Positions 1 to 13,090 of a stretch of 50,000 nucleotides of DNA are shown here, piece by piece. Positions within the stretch are counted from its first letter, which is position 1. Every line of letters begins with the position of its first letter. The position numbers were made by a program, and so were the translations under genes. The stretch lies in contig JAKLZA010000072.1 in assembly GCA_030704615.1 (NCBI GenBank), positions 1 through 50,000 of the forward strand, written 5' to 3'. The notes below the pieces were generated by a model that did no database searches, had not been told where the DNA came from, and saw only the letters and a list, made by a program, of their open reading frames with translations. This stretch comes from Takakia lepidozioides. Lineage: Eukaryota > Plantae > Bryophyta.

Positions 1-208
1 ACCCCTAGCTTGCTAGCGGGTCATGCCCCAACTGCAGCGACGTAGCGGAATTGCAAGCTGGCGAAGCGTCACCGGAGCGGCGCGGCGGCGGTGGCGACGT
101 CGCAATTTCCGGGCCGGACGCCTACGCGGCGCAGCAGTCGCAGGAGGGTCGTCGCGTCTGGCGCGCTCGTGGTCCTGGCGTCGCTAAGCCCCCCTAAACG
201 TAGTAGTG
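1..208. mobile_element. Terminus of a CACTA (En/Spm) element inserted into a copia RT
   Basis: GC-rich tract with repeated GTCGC/GCGAC subterminal motifs ends in ...AAACGTAGTAGTG (reverse complement CACTACTACG). Copia RT coding sequence starts immediately after. The other end is outside the window. Confidence 0.65.
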
Positions 209-1166
209 TGCTGAATTTGCTATGACTGATATGGGTGAGATTCGATTTTGTCTTGGTATTCAAATCAGCAGAGATCGAGTGAACCATACAATATTCATGC
301 ATCAACAATAATACACTGAGACCATTTCTATAAAGGTTTAAGTTGGAGATGAGTAAGCCAACATCAACTCCTCTCGAAGTTGGTTTGAAACTTGCGAAGG
401 ATATGGCACCTAAGACTCAAGAAGAGCAGGAGGATATGAGGAAAACTCCTTATCAAAGTGCATTCGGCAGTTTGATGTATTACATGTTTATATTAGGCCA
501 GACATTGCACATTTAGTGGGAGTGGTCTCACAATTCTTTTTAGATCCCGGATAAATCCATTGGAAAGTAGTGAAGATGATATTTCAGTATCTAAGATGAA
601 CATCAACCTCTAGTCTACTCTACAAGAGAGTGGAAAATCCAAGTTTGTTGGGGTTTGCTGATGTTCACTGGGCAGAAGACGTTGATAGCAGAAAATCAAC
701 TTCAGACCATTGTTTTCCCCTAGCAGGTGGAGCTTTATCTTGGTCTAGTAAGCGACAAGTTGCAACAACGTTGTCATCAACAGAAGCTGAGTACATGTCC
801 ATTACACAAGCAGCAAAAGAGGCTATTTGGTTACGAAAATTGCTTGGAGATTTGGGTCATCTCCAGTCATTACCTACAACTCTATTTTGTGACAATCAAA
901 GTGTGATTGCACTAAGTCAGAATCCGAAGTATCATTCAAGGACGAAGCACATTGAAGTGCAACATCACTACATACGGGAAGTTGTTTCCAAAGAAGAGAT
1001 CAAGGTGATCTATTGTGCTACAGGAGATATGGTTGCGGATGTTTTGACGAAGAGTCTACCACAAACAAAACACACCAGAAAACACATCAAGTGTTCAGTC
1101 TTACTTGGTGTCTCTTTTCCAATGACAAACAAAGTAGTTCAATGATATGGTTTAATTGAGTGGGAG
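209..1166 (+). mobile_element. Ty1/copia RT-RNase H remnant with stops and frameshifts
   Basis: AEFAMTDMGEIRFCLGIQI from 210. ORF 630-1145 has GFADVHWAED..RKSTS, LSSTEAEY, CDNQS, HSRTKHIEVQHHYIRE and ADVLTK. PPT-like TGAGTGGGAG precedes 1167. Confidence 0.93.
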
Positions 1167-1464
1167 TGTTGGAAATAATTAAACATATCTAGAAGACTAA
1201 GAGTCTAGAAGGCCAAAGTCTAAGAGACTACCTTGTTTAACTCACCATTGGAAGATGAATGGCTAGAAGGTGGATGGTCGTCATAGTAAAAAGTGGAAGT
1301 GACCAAGTAGGATTTTCTAGAAACCTTCTTGTATAAGCTCGGGGTGAAGCCACTAGTCTGAGTGTAAGAGTATGATGGTGGCTTCTATGGTTGGGAGGAG
1401 AGCTTTAGTTTTAGCTTTAGACTACGACTTTAGTTGTTGTTCTTGTTCTTGCTCAATTCTAACA
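1167..1464 (+). repeat. 3' LTR of the copia element
   Basis: Starts TGTTGG right after the PPT and ends ...CTAACA. The right boundary is inferred from the inverted terminus only. Confidence 0.7.
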
Positions 1465-2094
1465 ACCCAAGCAGTTTTCACCAATGTCAGGAGATATCAA
1501 CCTTAACTAAACATATGGGGATTTTTATCGAACACAACTTGTCTTGCAGTTGGTGAGAAAGATCCACCGCGGCAATGAAGGATAACATAAGAGATGCAGT
1601 ATGGTCCATTGACCAGGAAAGTCTCTACTGTTGGATGATGATATGAGTATACAACCTTCCATAGCTTTCTTCCAGCCACCAAGATCCGAATAGCTTGGGT
1701 TTCAGTGTGGCTTTTTGGATGACCACACAATCTTCCTCACTGAATGTATCAAGTCACCCAAAACGTGCAAATGCCTACTAATCTGTTTTCACATTGCCAC
1801 TCAAATAAAAAGCTCTTACACAATGCGAGGGCTCAGCCAGCCATCAAATGCTCTTCAAGGGCTTGGGGCAGGTCCCCATGGTATAATGTGAATACCTAAC
1901 CCTCCATGGCACATATGTATAAGTCCATTATTCTGACTTGAAGTTGAGCAGCAAAAAACAAAAAAGAAGGTCAAGATTTTTTTTTGCGGAGGGCTGCCTG
2001 TCATTAGGTTCCTGTTCACTACCAATTGTAGCATTTCCACCATCACTATGATTTTGACCATATTTTGGCACCCGTAGACCCCCCATCCTCATGT

Positions 2095-5000
2095 CTAAAG
2101 GTACTTGGCAAACCAGTCAAGCATCAGCTTGTGTGCCTCGACAGCCGCCTCCACTGCTGGTGGATCCGTTTCGTCGTATCGCACTGCCCAACCATGCTTA
2201 ACGTCTGGAAATATCTTCACATAGCTTTTTAACTGCAATGCATCAAACATTTGAATTGTGACAAAGACAGAGAGGTGATCTCCAGAATATGCTGCACAAG
2301 CCTGGCAAAAAGGGAAACTGCCTTGGAAGTTGTCTCCAAATTCTGTTAAAAAGACCATGAAAATATAAATGCCTCACTTATACCCCCATCCAGCAAAGGG
2401 GATTCCAAATCTCTAAAGATCAATAGAGGTATAAATGATTTGCATTTCCTGCATATGCCAAACTCACTATAATGTCAGACACAGAAGAATAAAAAGAGAC
2501 TACTGAACTTAGTTTATAATAGAGGTAAAAGGTACAGACCTCTGTTCGTGACCCCAGGATTGGTATAGCCTTCTCAGCCCCATCTGTTGGAGCAGCCAAT
2601 ACTGAAATCGGTACATTCACCTCTGCATTGACATCCACATACTTGGATTCAACACTGGAATGCGCCGTGTGTGTTGTAGAGGGACAAGTGGCTGTGTCTC
2701 AGTTTAACCCATACTTTGTACATCGCAGTCTTACCACTACTCGTTTGAGGCTTGGGTCGCTGATTATGTGTCAGTGCCATACACCTCTTCCCTCTTCAAA
2801 TCTTCATTTGGCTCCTCTTGGGAGGTGATTGACCTTCCCCAGCTATACTTCCCTCGTAGCTTTCTGGTTGCTAAATGAGTCTGGGTTCCTAACTGTTTGG
2901 GTGTGCCAAGGCCGTTAGCAAGGTTCATGTGCTAGGTTTATTGCGGGGTAGACCTTGGGGGTGAAGTGACGCCATAAGTTACACTTTCTTTTCACTCTAT
3001 TGGGGGTGCTGCCAATTCTCTTTGCCAAAAAAAGGGGTTAAAGAGGGAAGGTGAATAACATCGGGAACATATTACATCTCGAAGGCCTTATGCGAGTCAG
3101 AAAGGTAACGAGGATTTCCCAGACTTATCTCTTCTGCACTTGGAACGAGCAAGAAAAGAGAGGAAAAAAACCGGAGATGGATGGATCCAAATTTGAGAAG
3201 CCCTGAAGATTACAAGCATCCAGAAAAATACCTGGAAAGTGAACAAGAAAAGAGAGGAAAAAAAACGGAGATGGATGGATCCAAATTTGAGAAGCCCTAA
3301 AGATTACAAGCATCCAGAAAAATACCTGGCAAGTGAACACAAAATACAACCATAACATATCACAGAATACAGAAATGGGACTGGCCTTCATAGTCTGTAG
3401 TTTCAATCCCGGAGGGATGTAGCTGCACAACCGCTTGAATAATCTCCTCCTTTCCAAGAAGAACTGCAACTTTTGCTGCACAAACAGTAGAGATATATCA
3501 ACCAAGACAGATCCAAATGTGGACAGCCTGAGAGCAAATTGTTTTAGTTTATATATCATGGACGTTACGAAAGCAATTTTGGGAAAGGGACAGGACCAGA
3601 TAATGTTGAGCGTATCCAGCAAAAGATGACAGTAGTAGTAATGCTTGAAAGAAAAACAATCAGAACAGCTAAAAAGGAATACCTCCCCAACAGAAGCCTG
3701 CTACACCAATGGAGCTTATTCCTTTGGCCTTAATTTCCTCCACACACTGCTTTGCAGCACCTACTGATTCCGACTGCATCACCATCACACAGGCCGTTAA
3801 AAAACCACATCCTCACTGTAAAGGAGTATCCTACACCATCCAATCTAGGCTACAGCCCCTGCTTGCTACTCATCTGGTTGCAAAGCTCTCCAGCTCATCA
3901 TGTCTTCACTGGTGCACGTTCCATGTTCTCCTTTCAGATGTTGGAGACGTTGTTTGCCGTGGCCTTGTGGCCATAGATGAGTTACACTGCCTTTGTGAGG
4001 AGCTAACTCCAGTAGTGGGACTTACCTTGATATGATCAATTGGGTTGGGGTTTCCAGATTTCCTCTAGACATCCCTTCACACAAGCATCAATCTGCTGTG
4101 TGTGAGCTGGTCTAACAGGGCCACGGCTTTAGGCTCAGCCTTAAGTTTTTGACAGTTTGTGAACAACGGTGCAGGAACAACATTCTTGATGATCCTGATG
4201 AGGTCTACGTGTGTGTCGGTGTGTGTATGCTAATCTGATTAGTAGAAATGCCTAAATCTGATCTTCTATGGAGCCACCACCATCCCTCATACTGTGAAAA
4301 ACCCTACCCAGGATTCACCAATTTTTTTGGGGCAATCTGTGTCTCAATACTGGTATCGCAGGAAGAATGCAAAGCCGGTTCTCAGTATCAACATGGTAGA
4401 GCCTGGAGTGATATTAAGATGACTCGGGTCGAACCTAGGTATTGCCTCCACGACCTACTCGACTGGTAGGTTCTGCGATACCAAGTTGATACCCATTATT
4501 GATACCCGGGTTGAGGGAGAAAGAGAGAGAGAGATAGAGACCGGCATGTGATTTGCGAGCCATGCCTTCCCAACTTCAGGTGTCCAAAAATCTTCACCAA
4601 AAAAGTTTGGGACGATCACCAGGTAGCCCTTGTCCGCCACTTTGTCCGCCAGTTTCCTGTCATATGCATTACAACTAGCTGTAAGCCATATCCCACCGAC
4701 ACACTGCCTTCTGCCAATGGAGCCCCAAGAGATGTCTGATATTTTCAGCTAGACTAAAGATAGAAAGAGAGAGTAACCCTTCCAAAGCCTAATCGAGCAC
4801 AACTGGTGCAGAGACAGCCATGCTCATTCTTAAAAGATGCCTAGAACAGAGGCTATGATGAGTTCGAGGGAACAGTCCCAGGGGATACTGGCCCTTCATG
4901 AGCCCGTCCTGGAGTAATAAACCTGTATGGAACACAATCTGATAGTCGACATGACGGATGATGTAGGACTTGAGTAGATACTGTAGTACAAGGCCCGACT

Positions 5001-6006
5001 TCCATTCTACCACTGACATAGTAGCTCTATACTGGGACACATCTGGACACAATATAGAGAAAAGGCATAGAGAGAGTCACCTCATAAGAGGTGCCTTATA
5101 TCCTGTACATAGGCAACCAACAGAGCAGCGAAAAAAGGACCATGTTAGTACACATGCTCATATTCAAGAACCTGGTGTGCTCTCCAGGATCACTTTAGCC
5201 TCATTTTCATTTCGCATTTCTCACCTTCAATAAATCTGATATAACTGCTATCAAATCACCTGAGAATGGCAAGTTCAGTACTTTCAAACGAGGTACAAAG
5301 AGATTTGGCCCATTTAGACTGACTCAGTCCATGTGATTAACGTGCAACCTGTGAAGCCCTACTGAAGTGTGGAAACTTCTGTCTGTACGTAGTGGAGTCT
5401 AATATTTGGAGAATTCGTGATTTAACCAATAATCACAGTTAGCACTCAAGCTCGGCGTTTTCTGTACACTAGGTACCCCAAAGGAGGTTCCAGAATTCCG
5501 TTATAGAGCAGCTGGTAGATTATCCCAGTCAAGTGCACCATAGTGCAGATTCCAGCTTTGGCGCTAAGAGGAACATGTTAATTTCAGGTGTTCTGATCCT
5601 GGGCCTGGCTGTACTATGGGAACTACCTGACTCATGCACCATGCCACCAATGCTTACTGGCTAGCATTGAGCATTTCCTACGGAGAGCTGGTTCGGCTGT
5701 GTACTGTAGAATGCGCACACCTATCACATAATGATAAGAGAATCCACACCATACAACAAACGCTCCAGCGACGGAAACGGAGGGGTAAAATGTGAGATTT
5801 CTAAAGACAGAGAAGGGTGGCGTATCAGCTCAACATAACGGAGGAACAAAATTTCACGTACCGAAAACGTCGGTGACGAGGATCACAGCAGCCGAGGAAG
5901 ACGCCGAACCAGTGATGTACACAGGGAGCCCGGCTATGGTGTCCTCTTTCCCCACAGAGATTTCCTCCGCTGGAGGCGCGGGTGTGCAGCACGCCTCGGT
6001 AGCCAT
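2095..6006 (-). CDS. Dienelactone hydrolase family protein (plant 'endo-1,3;1,4-beta-D-glucanase-like'/AIM2-like alpha/beta hydrolase), 7 exons, 227 aa
   Basis: Manually spliced exons: 6006-5862 (MATEACCTPAPP..VILVTDVFG), 5102-5081 (GYKAPLMR), 4656-4542 (KLADKVADKGYLVIVPNFF), 3773-3683 (IGVAGFCWG, nucleophile Cys), 3475-3386 (VQLHPS), 2622-2540 (VPISVLAAPTD), 2232-2095 (FPDVKHGWAVRY..WFAKYL*). Phases are consistent and total 684 nt. Intron 5 is GC-AG. Confidence 0.93.
3150..3338. repeat. Tandem duplication, 2 x ~94 bp, in intron 5 of the hydrolase gene
   Basis: CAAGAAAAGAGAGGAAAAAAA..GGAGATGGATGGATCCAAATTTGAGAAGCCCT..GATTACAAGCATCCAGAAAAATACCTGG occurs twice, nearly identical. Confidence 0.9.
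3940..4200 (-). mobile_element. Non-LTR retrotransposon 3' fragment in intron 3, same family as 28696-28997
   Basis: Shares GACGTTGTTTGCCGT.GCCTTGTGGCCAT and TCCTCTAGA.ATCCCTTCACACAAGCATCAATCTGCTGTGTGTGA with the insert at 28.7-29.0 kb. Confidence 0.65.
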
Positions 6007-6275
6007 GCTGCCCTCTCAAATGTCTCAATCTGCAAAGCTCCCCTCCGTGGCTCTCGCTCTTGAGCTAGTTTACGATTTTCCTATCGTACCTGCTCTATAT
6101 AGTTTTGCTTTCTAGTGGAGGCCTTGGGTGTGGATTAGTTTGTAGTAGGAAGTGAGATGGAGTGGGAAAGGCCGAGACCTGCCCTTTTATACCCTCTCAG
6201 GGCAGCGGGCCCAGCTCGCCTTCTACAAGCCTGGTTCGCACCACGTGTGCACAGTCCCGCAGTTGGCGTCTGGAC

Positions 6276-6578
6276 CAGTGTTGTGCGGTTATTTGATTTT
6301 TTTTAATATCAGATTTTACTTTAACTTTCTGTTCACATTCTCAGGTTCCGAGCTTTTGGAGCTTTCCTGTTTTTAATATCCCGCTAGTTCCGGTTCAAAC
6401 AAATTAAGAAAAACATGCAAAACCACCGGTTCTCAACCAGATCGGGTTATCCCATCTCTTCACACGGCAGTTCTTAACGGAAGCGGATATTTGATTTTTT
6501 GACCTCCGGCAGATCCACATACATATGTCCGGGTTGGGATCTGGGTTTGAGGCTGAATCAAATATCCGCACAACACTG
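6276..6578. mobile_element. hAT-family MITE, 303 bp
   Basis: TIR CAGTGTTGTGCGG / CCGCACAACACTG with a perfect 8-bp TSD GTCTGGAC (6268-6275 and 6579-6586). Confidence 0.92.
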
Positions 6579-7197
6579 GTCTGGACGTGGCTGGACACAC
6601 TTCTTCATCCCGTCGGCCTCCTGTTTCGCTTTACTGCACCCTTTCCTGCATCCCTATTGGTCTCTCCAATCACCTCTCTTTTTCTAACCTTCAAAATTCC
6701 CCCAGCTGATGTTGGGTACTTATTTGTGCTCATAGAGTTTGTGCACCGTTTCCTTCTATTTAAAAAAAAAAACAATTCCGGGCTTACAGTCTAGAAGTGT
6801 TGGATCCCTACACACTTTCGTGGGAGTTGCCGCGGGACTTTCCAGGGAGTTGCTCAGTGACCTTCACTGCGCATGAGCTCATCGCAGTGCACAACACAAG
6901 CAAAAAACGGTAAAACCAAGTATTACGTCAGGGCAGTGCGCTATCCTTCATGTCATATTTACTTAGTACGTGAACCAAGCCTGCAGCGTTGTCATAAGAT
7001 CTTCATACATGAAATACATAACGAAAAATGGAAAGCCCGCTTCACTGTCGTACAGTCTTCGTGTTATGTTCTTAGCTGATTTCTGCTCCGTATAAGAAGA
7101 GAGGGCAGAGCTTCAGAATGGTAGAGTGAAGTGTGGGAATCCGTTTGTGTTTCCTGGGATCAGCTGCAGAGCTTAGCTGCGCACTGATCAGGCAGCC

Positions 7198-8842
7198 ATG
7201 ACCTTTGAAGGCCTTGTCGTGGCGCTAGCCCTGCTCTGCTTGGGTGCTGTGACAAGCGGTGTTCACAATGTTCAAAACAGTCGAGTAGATTGCCCGTCTC
7301 TGCGTGAAGCGAGCAAGAGCGTCACCTTCAGGTCTCCGCCCATCGTGTTCCGTCCTGGGGACGTGAAAAACAAATTTTTCACGGTGGAGGCGCCCCCTGG
7401 TCGATTCGCCACTCGGGACTTCACTGCAGAGCTTGTGTACGAGAATGGTGAATCTGTGCCACTTTACGATGTGTATCTCCATCACTGGGTTTTGAAGGAG
7501 CATAGCAGGGCTGAGGATGATGTCCTCACAGACAAGGAATTCAAAGAGATGGTGGAGAGGGAGCCGGGTCATGCCGTGTACTCAACGGCTTCAAGCGTTG
7601 GAACCTCTGTCGATGGAAAGCTCGGCCGCAAGGCGAAGCCGGGGGTGCTTCAATATTGGGCGGAGGGTGCAGAGACCCGGCGTCTGATATCGAAGATTCC
7701 TGCTCCATACGGACTGGAGGGAGGTAACCCTCCGGCTGGTCATAGATCTGAGTGGATCCTAAACGTGCATGGTATCGACACGAGGGGCGCTCTAGACAGA
7801 ATGGGGTGCACTGAATGCAGGTTTGTACCGAGCCACAGCTCAACATGATTCTTTTCCATAGTCGGAGTGGATTGTAAATGTGGGCGCAGAGTTCTAAAGG
7901 CCTAAATTTACTTCTTGCATTCTGTGCATATACCCCGTCAGTTCTTAGCTACCTTTGACTGCTTTAATCCTGACGAATTTTTTCATATGAAGCATCAATG
8001 CTCCCCATGAAGGCTCGGGTGTAATCCAACAGATGGGAAATGCAGATGTGATCTGTTCACCAGCGAGAATGGGGATAGCGCACGTAGTTCCTTGCCGGAG
8101 AATTATCTTGGGGGTCTCATGTGCTGTGTTGATGAATCTCGCTGCGTTTTGAAGGAAGGTTTCAATGCAGAGAAATTGGAGAGGACCATATACTTGCAGG
8201 TAATCATCTCACCGTACTGGTACTTCAAATTTTGTCCTGTACTGGCGTCCTTCTGAGAGTTAGGTTGTCTAGATGTCACTAACTGAGTTGATAATTTGTT
8301 AATGCCTGCACCACTGCTGGATGTTTATTTTGCAGTATACCTGGGAATACGTAACCTGGGATGACTGCATAGTGCCTTTGAAGCAAGAAGAGCTTGATGT
8401 GACCGACGATGGAGATGGAGGGAAGACAGAATTTGATATAGAGGGATGCAACGTCAGTGAGAACGCACTACTCTTAGACGAATGTGTGGACACACGAGAA
8501 ACGGTGTTTCAAGACTTGTTTCCTGATGGAGCCGAAATCATCCATGCTGTATCTCACCTCCATGCTACAAGCCTCAATGCAACTCTCTACGGAGAAGATG
8601 GGCGGGTTATTTGCAACTCTCCTCCCATTTACGGCAGTGGCTCCACCGCAGGGAATGAGGAGGGATACGTCGTTGGAAATGTTGTCTGTTACCCGTCTTT
8701 GGGGAGTTCGACGATGAAGATAGGCAAGGGTGAGCTCCTTCGGTTTCAAGTAAAATATAGCAAGGTCGGGGGTCCGCATACTGGATTGATGGGCCTCATG
8801 TTTCTGAAGCTAACCTCCGAGGCTCCTGTATCTGATATCTAA
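7198..8842 (+). CDS. Stress up-regulated Nod 19 (SURNod19) family secreted protein, copy 1, 3 exons, 427 aa
   Basis: Exons 7198-7820, 8046-8199 and 8336-8842 (GT-AG, in phase). Signal-peptide-like N-terminus. Motifs VPLYDVYLHHW, GAETR, PAPYG, LNVHGIDTRG, GCTECRCDL, GGLMCC, SHLH, CNSPPIYG, AGNEEGYVVG, HTGLMGL. Confidence 0.93.
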
Positions 8843-9789
8843 ACTTAATCTTCTTATGTAGGAAAGTGCCGTCCATCTCTGTGTGCTCTTCCATCTACGA
8901 AGTTGTGAAGAGGCAATGTAATTGTGTTGTATTCTTGCTTGGTATTGTACCCATAAACGCAAGTAGATGATAGATTTATCTTTGAAGAAGCTGTCTCTCA
9001 GATTGATAACTGGGAAATATTTGATACAGTACATACATAATTGAACCCAAGTTCAATTTAATTGTGACTGCAACAGTGGAGCTTATCTCCATTTGTCTGG
9101 TGCATCAAGGTAGATTTAAGCAGAATGTTCAAAGTGTATTGAGATCTTAGCTCTGAGCCACTCAAGGGAATATTTGCTTTAATGGTGCAAAACTTTCAAC
9201 CCTACAGGTGACATTCTCCTCCGCTTCACACTAGAAGCCCAAACTTGGTTGCCATAGTGTTGAGCTATGCAACGCCGCTCTTCAACATAGGCTACCCGCC
9301 TCTCTATCCATGGCAAACCTGCAACTTGTTCGCCTTTGCACTCTATCCGTTTTGGATAGGCTCATGCACGGCTCCCTGCACTCTAGGCTGAACCGCTTCT
9401 CATGATCTGAAAACACAAGTGCTACAACTAACTCGAACCTGGCACTCACAGACTCGAACTGATCTTTCTCGAGTGATAAGGAAATGAATGATACAAGCAC
9501 ACAAGCTCTCTCAAACTCACATACTTGCACATGAAAACATCACTCATATATTAAGTCAAGCCAAGTGCACCCCACGCCATGGGGAATCCACACTACGGCG
9601 CCATAGCTAGATGCAGTGAGGCTCAACTCGAGAAAGATGAGCCCACCGCGATCTGCCGTGAAGATAACAACGTCAGGTGCCCAAACACGTATTGGTCCCT
9701 GGATTGACACTTGGATCAATCCCAAATGTCAATATATAAAAGCTAGCTATTTCCTAGCTAACTTCACACTAGTGGTAAAATAACTTGAC

Positions 9790-11092
9790 AGCTCGCTTGC
9801 GGGTCACTGCGGAGCCAAGCGCACCGCGACACTCCTAAAGAAATAGTATTTCTGGGCCAAATTGAGGGAGTAGCCCGAGGAGTATGTCAAGACATGCACC
9901 ACATGCCAAAAAAACCGGAGTGAGTACAAAAAGCAAGCGGGGCTGTTACAACCCTTGCCTATTCCAGAGGGGTCTTGGGAAAGTGTCTCGATGGATTTCA
10001 TGACTGCTATACCGCTGTCAAAAGGATTTGATGCAATCATGGTGGTGGTGGATAGGTTCTGTAAAATGGGTCATTTCATCCCCACCAAGGAGACAACAAC
10101 GGCGCAGGAGGCGGAACGACTTTACTTCGCCCACGTCTTCAAGCATCGTGGACTCCCGAAGGATATTGTCTCGGACCGCGATCCAAAGTTTACAAGTAAA
10201 TTTTGGAGGGCACTTTGGAAGAAAATGGGGACGGGGCTCAAGATGAGCACCGCTTTCCGATCTACGACGAACGGCCAAATGGAAAGGGTGAATTCCGTGG
10301 TGAAACAGATCTTGCGGAATTACGTGTCGGCAGACAAATCGGACTGGGTGGAGCACTTGGATGCGGCAGAGTTCTGTTATAATAACACAAAATACTCCGC
10401 AACGGGAGTTTCCCCTTTCGTATTGGTCTATGGAAAAACACCTTTGGTGCCGACAAGTTGGGCCGCCTAAGACGTTGAGGAATCGGCAGCAACAACGGTG
10501 CTGGAAGAACGCGAGCGTTTGTTGAAGCTCGCAAAGTACAACATTGTCAAAGCTAAGAAACGGTATGAACGGTAGACGAATCGGAAGCGGAGAGAAGTTA
10601 AGTTTGAGGCAGGCACGGAGGTTTGGTTGAACATCAAGAATTTCCGACTACCTCCGAAAGTGAGTCCGAAGTTTGTACCTCCATATGCGGGACCTTTTCG
10701 CATCCGGAAGGTTATGAATGAGGATGTGTATGAATTGGAGCTGCCGGCAAATAGCAAGGTGCATCCGGTATTCCACGTCTCCCTTTTGAAGCCTTACTTC
10801 AAAGATGAAGCGTGTCCGAATCGGCATCAAGTATTGCGTCCGCCACATGTGCTGTTGGATCATGAAAATAAACCTGAGTACGAGGTGGAGGCAGTGCTTA
10901 AGTCGAGGAGGTTCAAGAATTGAGAAACAGAATATCTCGTGAAATGGAAGGGTTATCATCATGTGGAGGCATCTTGGGTGCGTGCCTCAAAAATATGAAA
11001 CGCATCCGAGGCGGTTGTAGCTTTCGAAGGGCGACCTCAAAAGCGGAAGAAGCGTTGATGGGGACATCAACCTTGGATCGTGGGGGAGGAAA
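9790..11092 (+). mobile_element. Ty3/gypsy chromovirus remnant: integrase, GPY/F motif and chromodomain, then PPT
   Basis: GHCG..RT..CTTCQKN zinc finger, PIPEGSWESVSMDF, VVVDRFCKMGHF, IVSDRDPKFTS, PPYAGPFRI, VHPVFHVSLLKPY, EYEVEAVLKSRR..YLVKWKGY. In-frame stops are present. PPT GGGGGAGGAAA at 11082-11092 is followed by TG. Confidence 0.93.
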
Positions 11093-12204
11093 TGCATGCT
11101 TAGCCCGGCTTAGCTAGCTCGGAATCCGATTACAAAAACTTGTGTTGTACAAATTTTGTTATAAATGAAATGGTTTCCAAATGTTGTGCATCCTATTTTG
11201 TTTGGAATGGTGATGCATGGTATGGTTGGCTAGTGTGTAGAATGCATGCTAGCTTACAAAAATGAGAGAGGTAAATTGGATTAATCGTGTGTTTGCGTAG
11301 TGCCGAAATCGGGTGACCACTAGAAGAGAAACCGGCTTTTTCCACAGGTATGTCATCTCACACCTAATACATTCAACGACTTTTATCACGGGTCTGTAGA
11401 GTGAGCCAAGGTGTGGGTCAAAATATGCCCTAACTGTGGGGTGTCTCACATGTGATCCACACCCGAGGCAAGAACGGTGTGAAAACAGCCATGAAAGTGG
11501 CGGGAGTTGGCTTAGTTTACATAGCATGTTACACACATGTGTGAAATGAGACCATAGAATTTCCACATTGTGGTGTATGGGGAGTTTGAGAATGATGCCT
11601 TTGAAAAATGATCATGAGCTTCATGTTCATGTTTAGAAATCTGCACGATGGGCTAGTAGCAAATGAAGAATCACCCCCTGCTACACCCCATTTTCAATCT
11701 CTACATTATAAAGTCTATAATGCTCTTGGTGAAATGAACATGGGGATCGCATTCAAAGGTGGCCCCGTTCCGTTGCAACCTATGACACAACTAGGACAAA
11801 CAGGCATAGGCATGATTTACACTTTTTGCCACAAATCACTTGCATCATCCTTACGTTGAACTCATTGTCTATGTGACATGCTTGGACTTTGTCATCTCAC
11901 ACATCAAAGAAAAAACCAGAATATTTCGAAAAAATCCATAGAATTTTAACAAGAGACCAATAAACAAACCCAGATCTAGGTGGGTAGCATGGTGAGTCTC
12001 TATACAAGGTGATTTATTTTAAATTGTAAGTGGTTTCAACAACTTCATTAGCAACTCCACAATTATATTTTAAATTCATGTAAATTGAAATATATAAATC
12101 AGTATTAGATAGAAATAATTGTTTTAACTACTCATTTCATGACTATGAACCTTACCCAATAAATAAATTAACCAGGGTCTTTGTACCTTGTTATATATAT
12201 ACAT

Positions 12205-12295
12205 TTTGCACCCTAACATATATATATATAGCTAAAAATACCTTCACATAATTATATGGACCATATAATTATTTTATATAATGTTAGGGTGCAAA
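12205..12295. repeat. Small AT-rich fold-back element
   Basis: Perfect 15-bp inverted repeat TTTGCACCCTAACAT / ATGTTAGGGTGCAAA encloses an inner palindrome ATAATTATATGG-A-CCATATAATTAT. Confidence 0.7.
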
Positions 12296-12564
12296 CGTTC
12301 AAAAACTTCAAAAGTTGGCTCGAATTTAGGGCTGCCGGTGTGCAGGGCTGGGACTTAGCGTTTTTTGGGGTCCAGTCTTCTTAGTGCTAAGCATCGTGAT
12401 AGCAGGAACTCGAGGCCAATGTGGTGAGGGCACCTTCTTCTTCGACCTATTTCAGCCTGTTTTGCCCTCTCATCAGACTCGGCCCTGAATTTGCAGCACA
12501 GAGCAGAGACTGGCATGAGCTTTACCCTTCACGATGGTGGGACAACAGCCATGAGTTTTCCAAG

Positions 12565-12700
12565 GATACGAAGGGTGTGTTCGACGAAATGGCTGCCAAG
12601 ATGTGGTATCGTGGAATGCAATGATCGCAGTGTGGTACGAAGGCTTTGGAAACATATGAGGAAATGATGTCGGACAGGTTGAACCCTAACGCAGGCTGTG
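12565..12700 (+). pseudogene. Degenerate PLS-PPR fragment
   Basis: Across frameshifts: KGVFDEMAAK / DVVSWNAMIA / ALETYEEMMSDRLNPN. Confidence 0.65.
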
Positions 12701-13090
12701 TTTCAATCTCTGCCTTCTCAACTGCACCGTGGTGGTTCTCACTGACCAATCCGACATTACCAGACTATAGACACAAGCAGCACACAAGAGGTCCTCTTGG
12801 GTTCATGGTCAGTCAAATCCTCCATGGGTCATGACACAAGGTCGAGGACAATGTGGTGAGGGCACTTTCTTCTTCACAAGTCACTTTGCTACTGACTCAT
12901 ACTACTTGTATTGTAGGAACTCACTCTGTACGTGGACACAACTCACAAAGAGGTCACGCCGCCCTTCATTTCAGTTTCAGCCAGATAATGTGTTCATACC
13001 GCAAATCCATGTTGATAATTTCGGAAATACTGACTCCCATGTATATTTCCGGCATTACTATGAGATACTCTGATTGAAATGTCCATACAG

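Noticed and set aside
3125-3622. 165-aa hydrophobic ORF
   Set aside because: Runs through intron, an off-frame exon and the 94-bp duplication.
5792-6115. 107-aa plus-strand ORF
   Set aside because: Antisense shadow of hydrolase exon 1.
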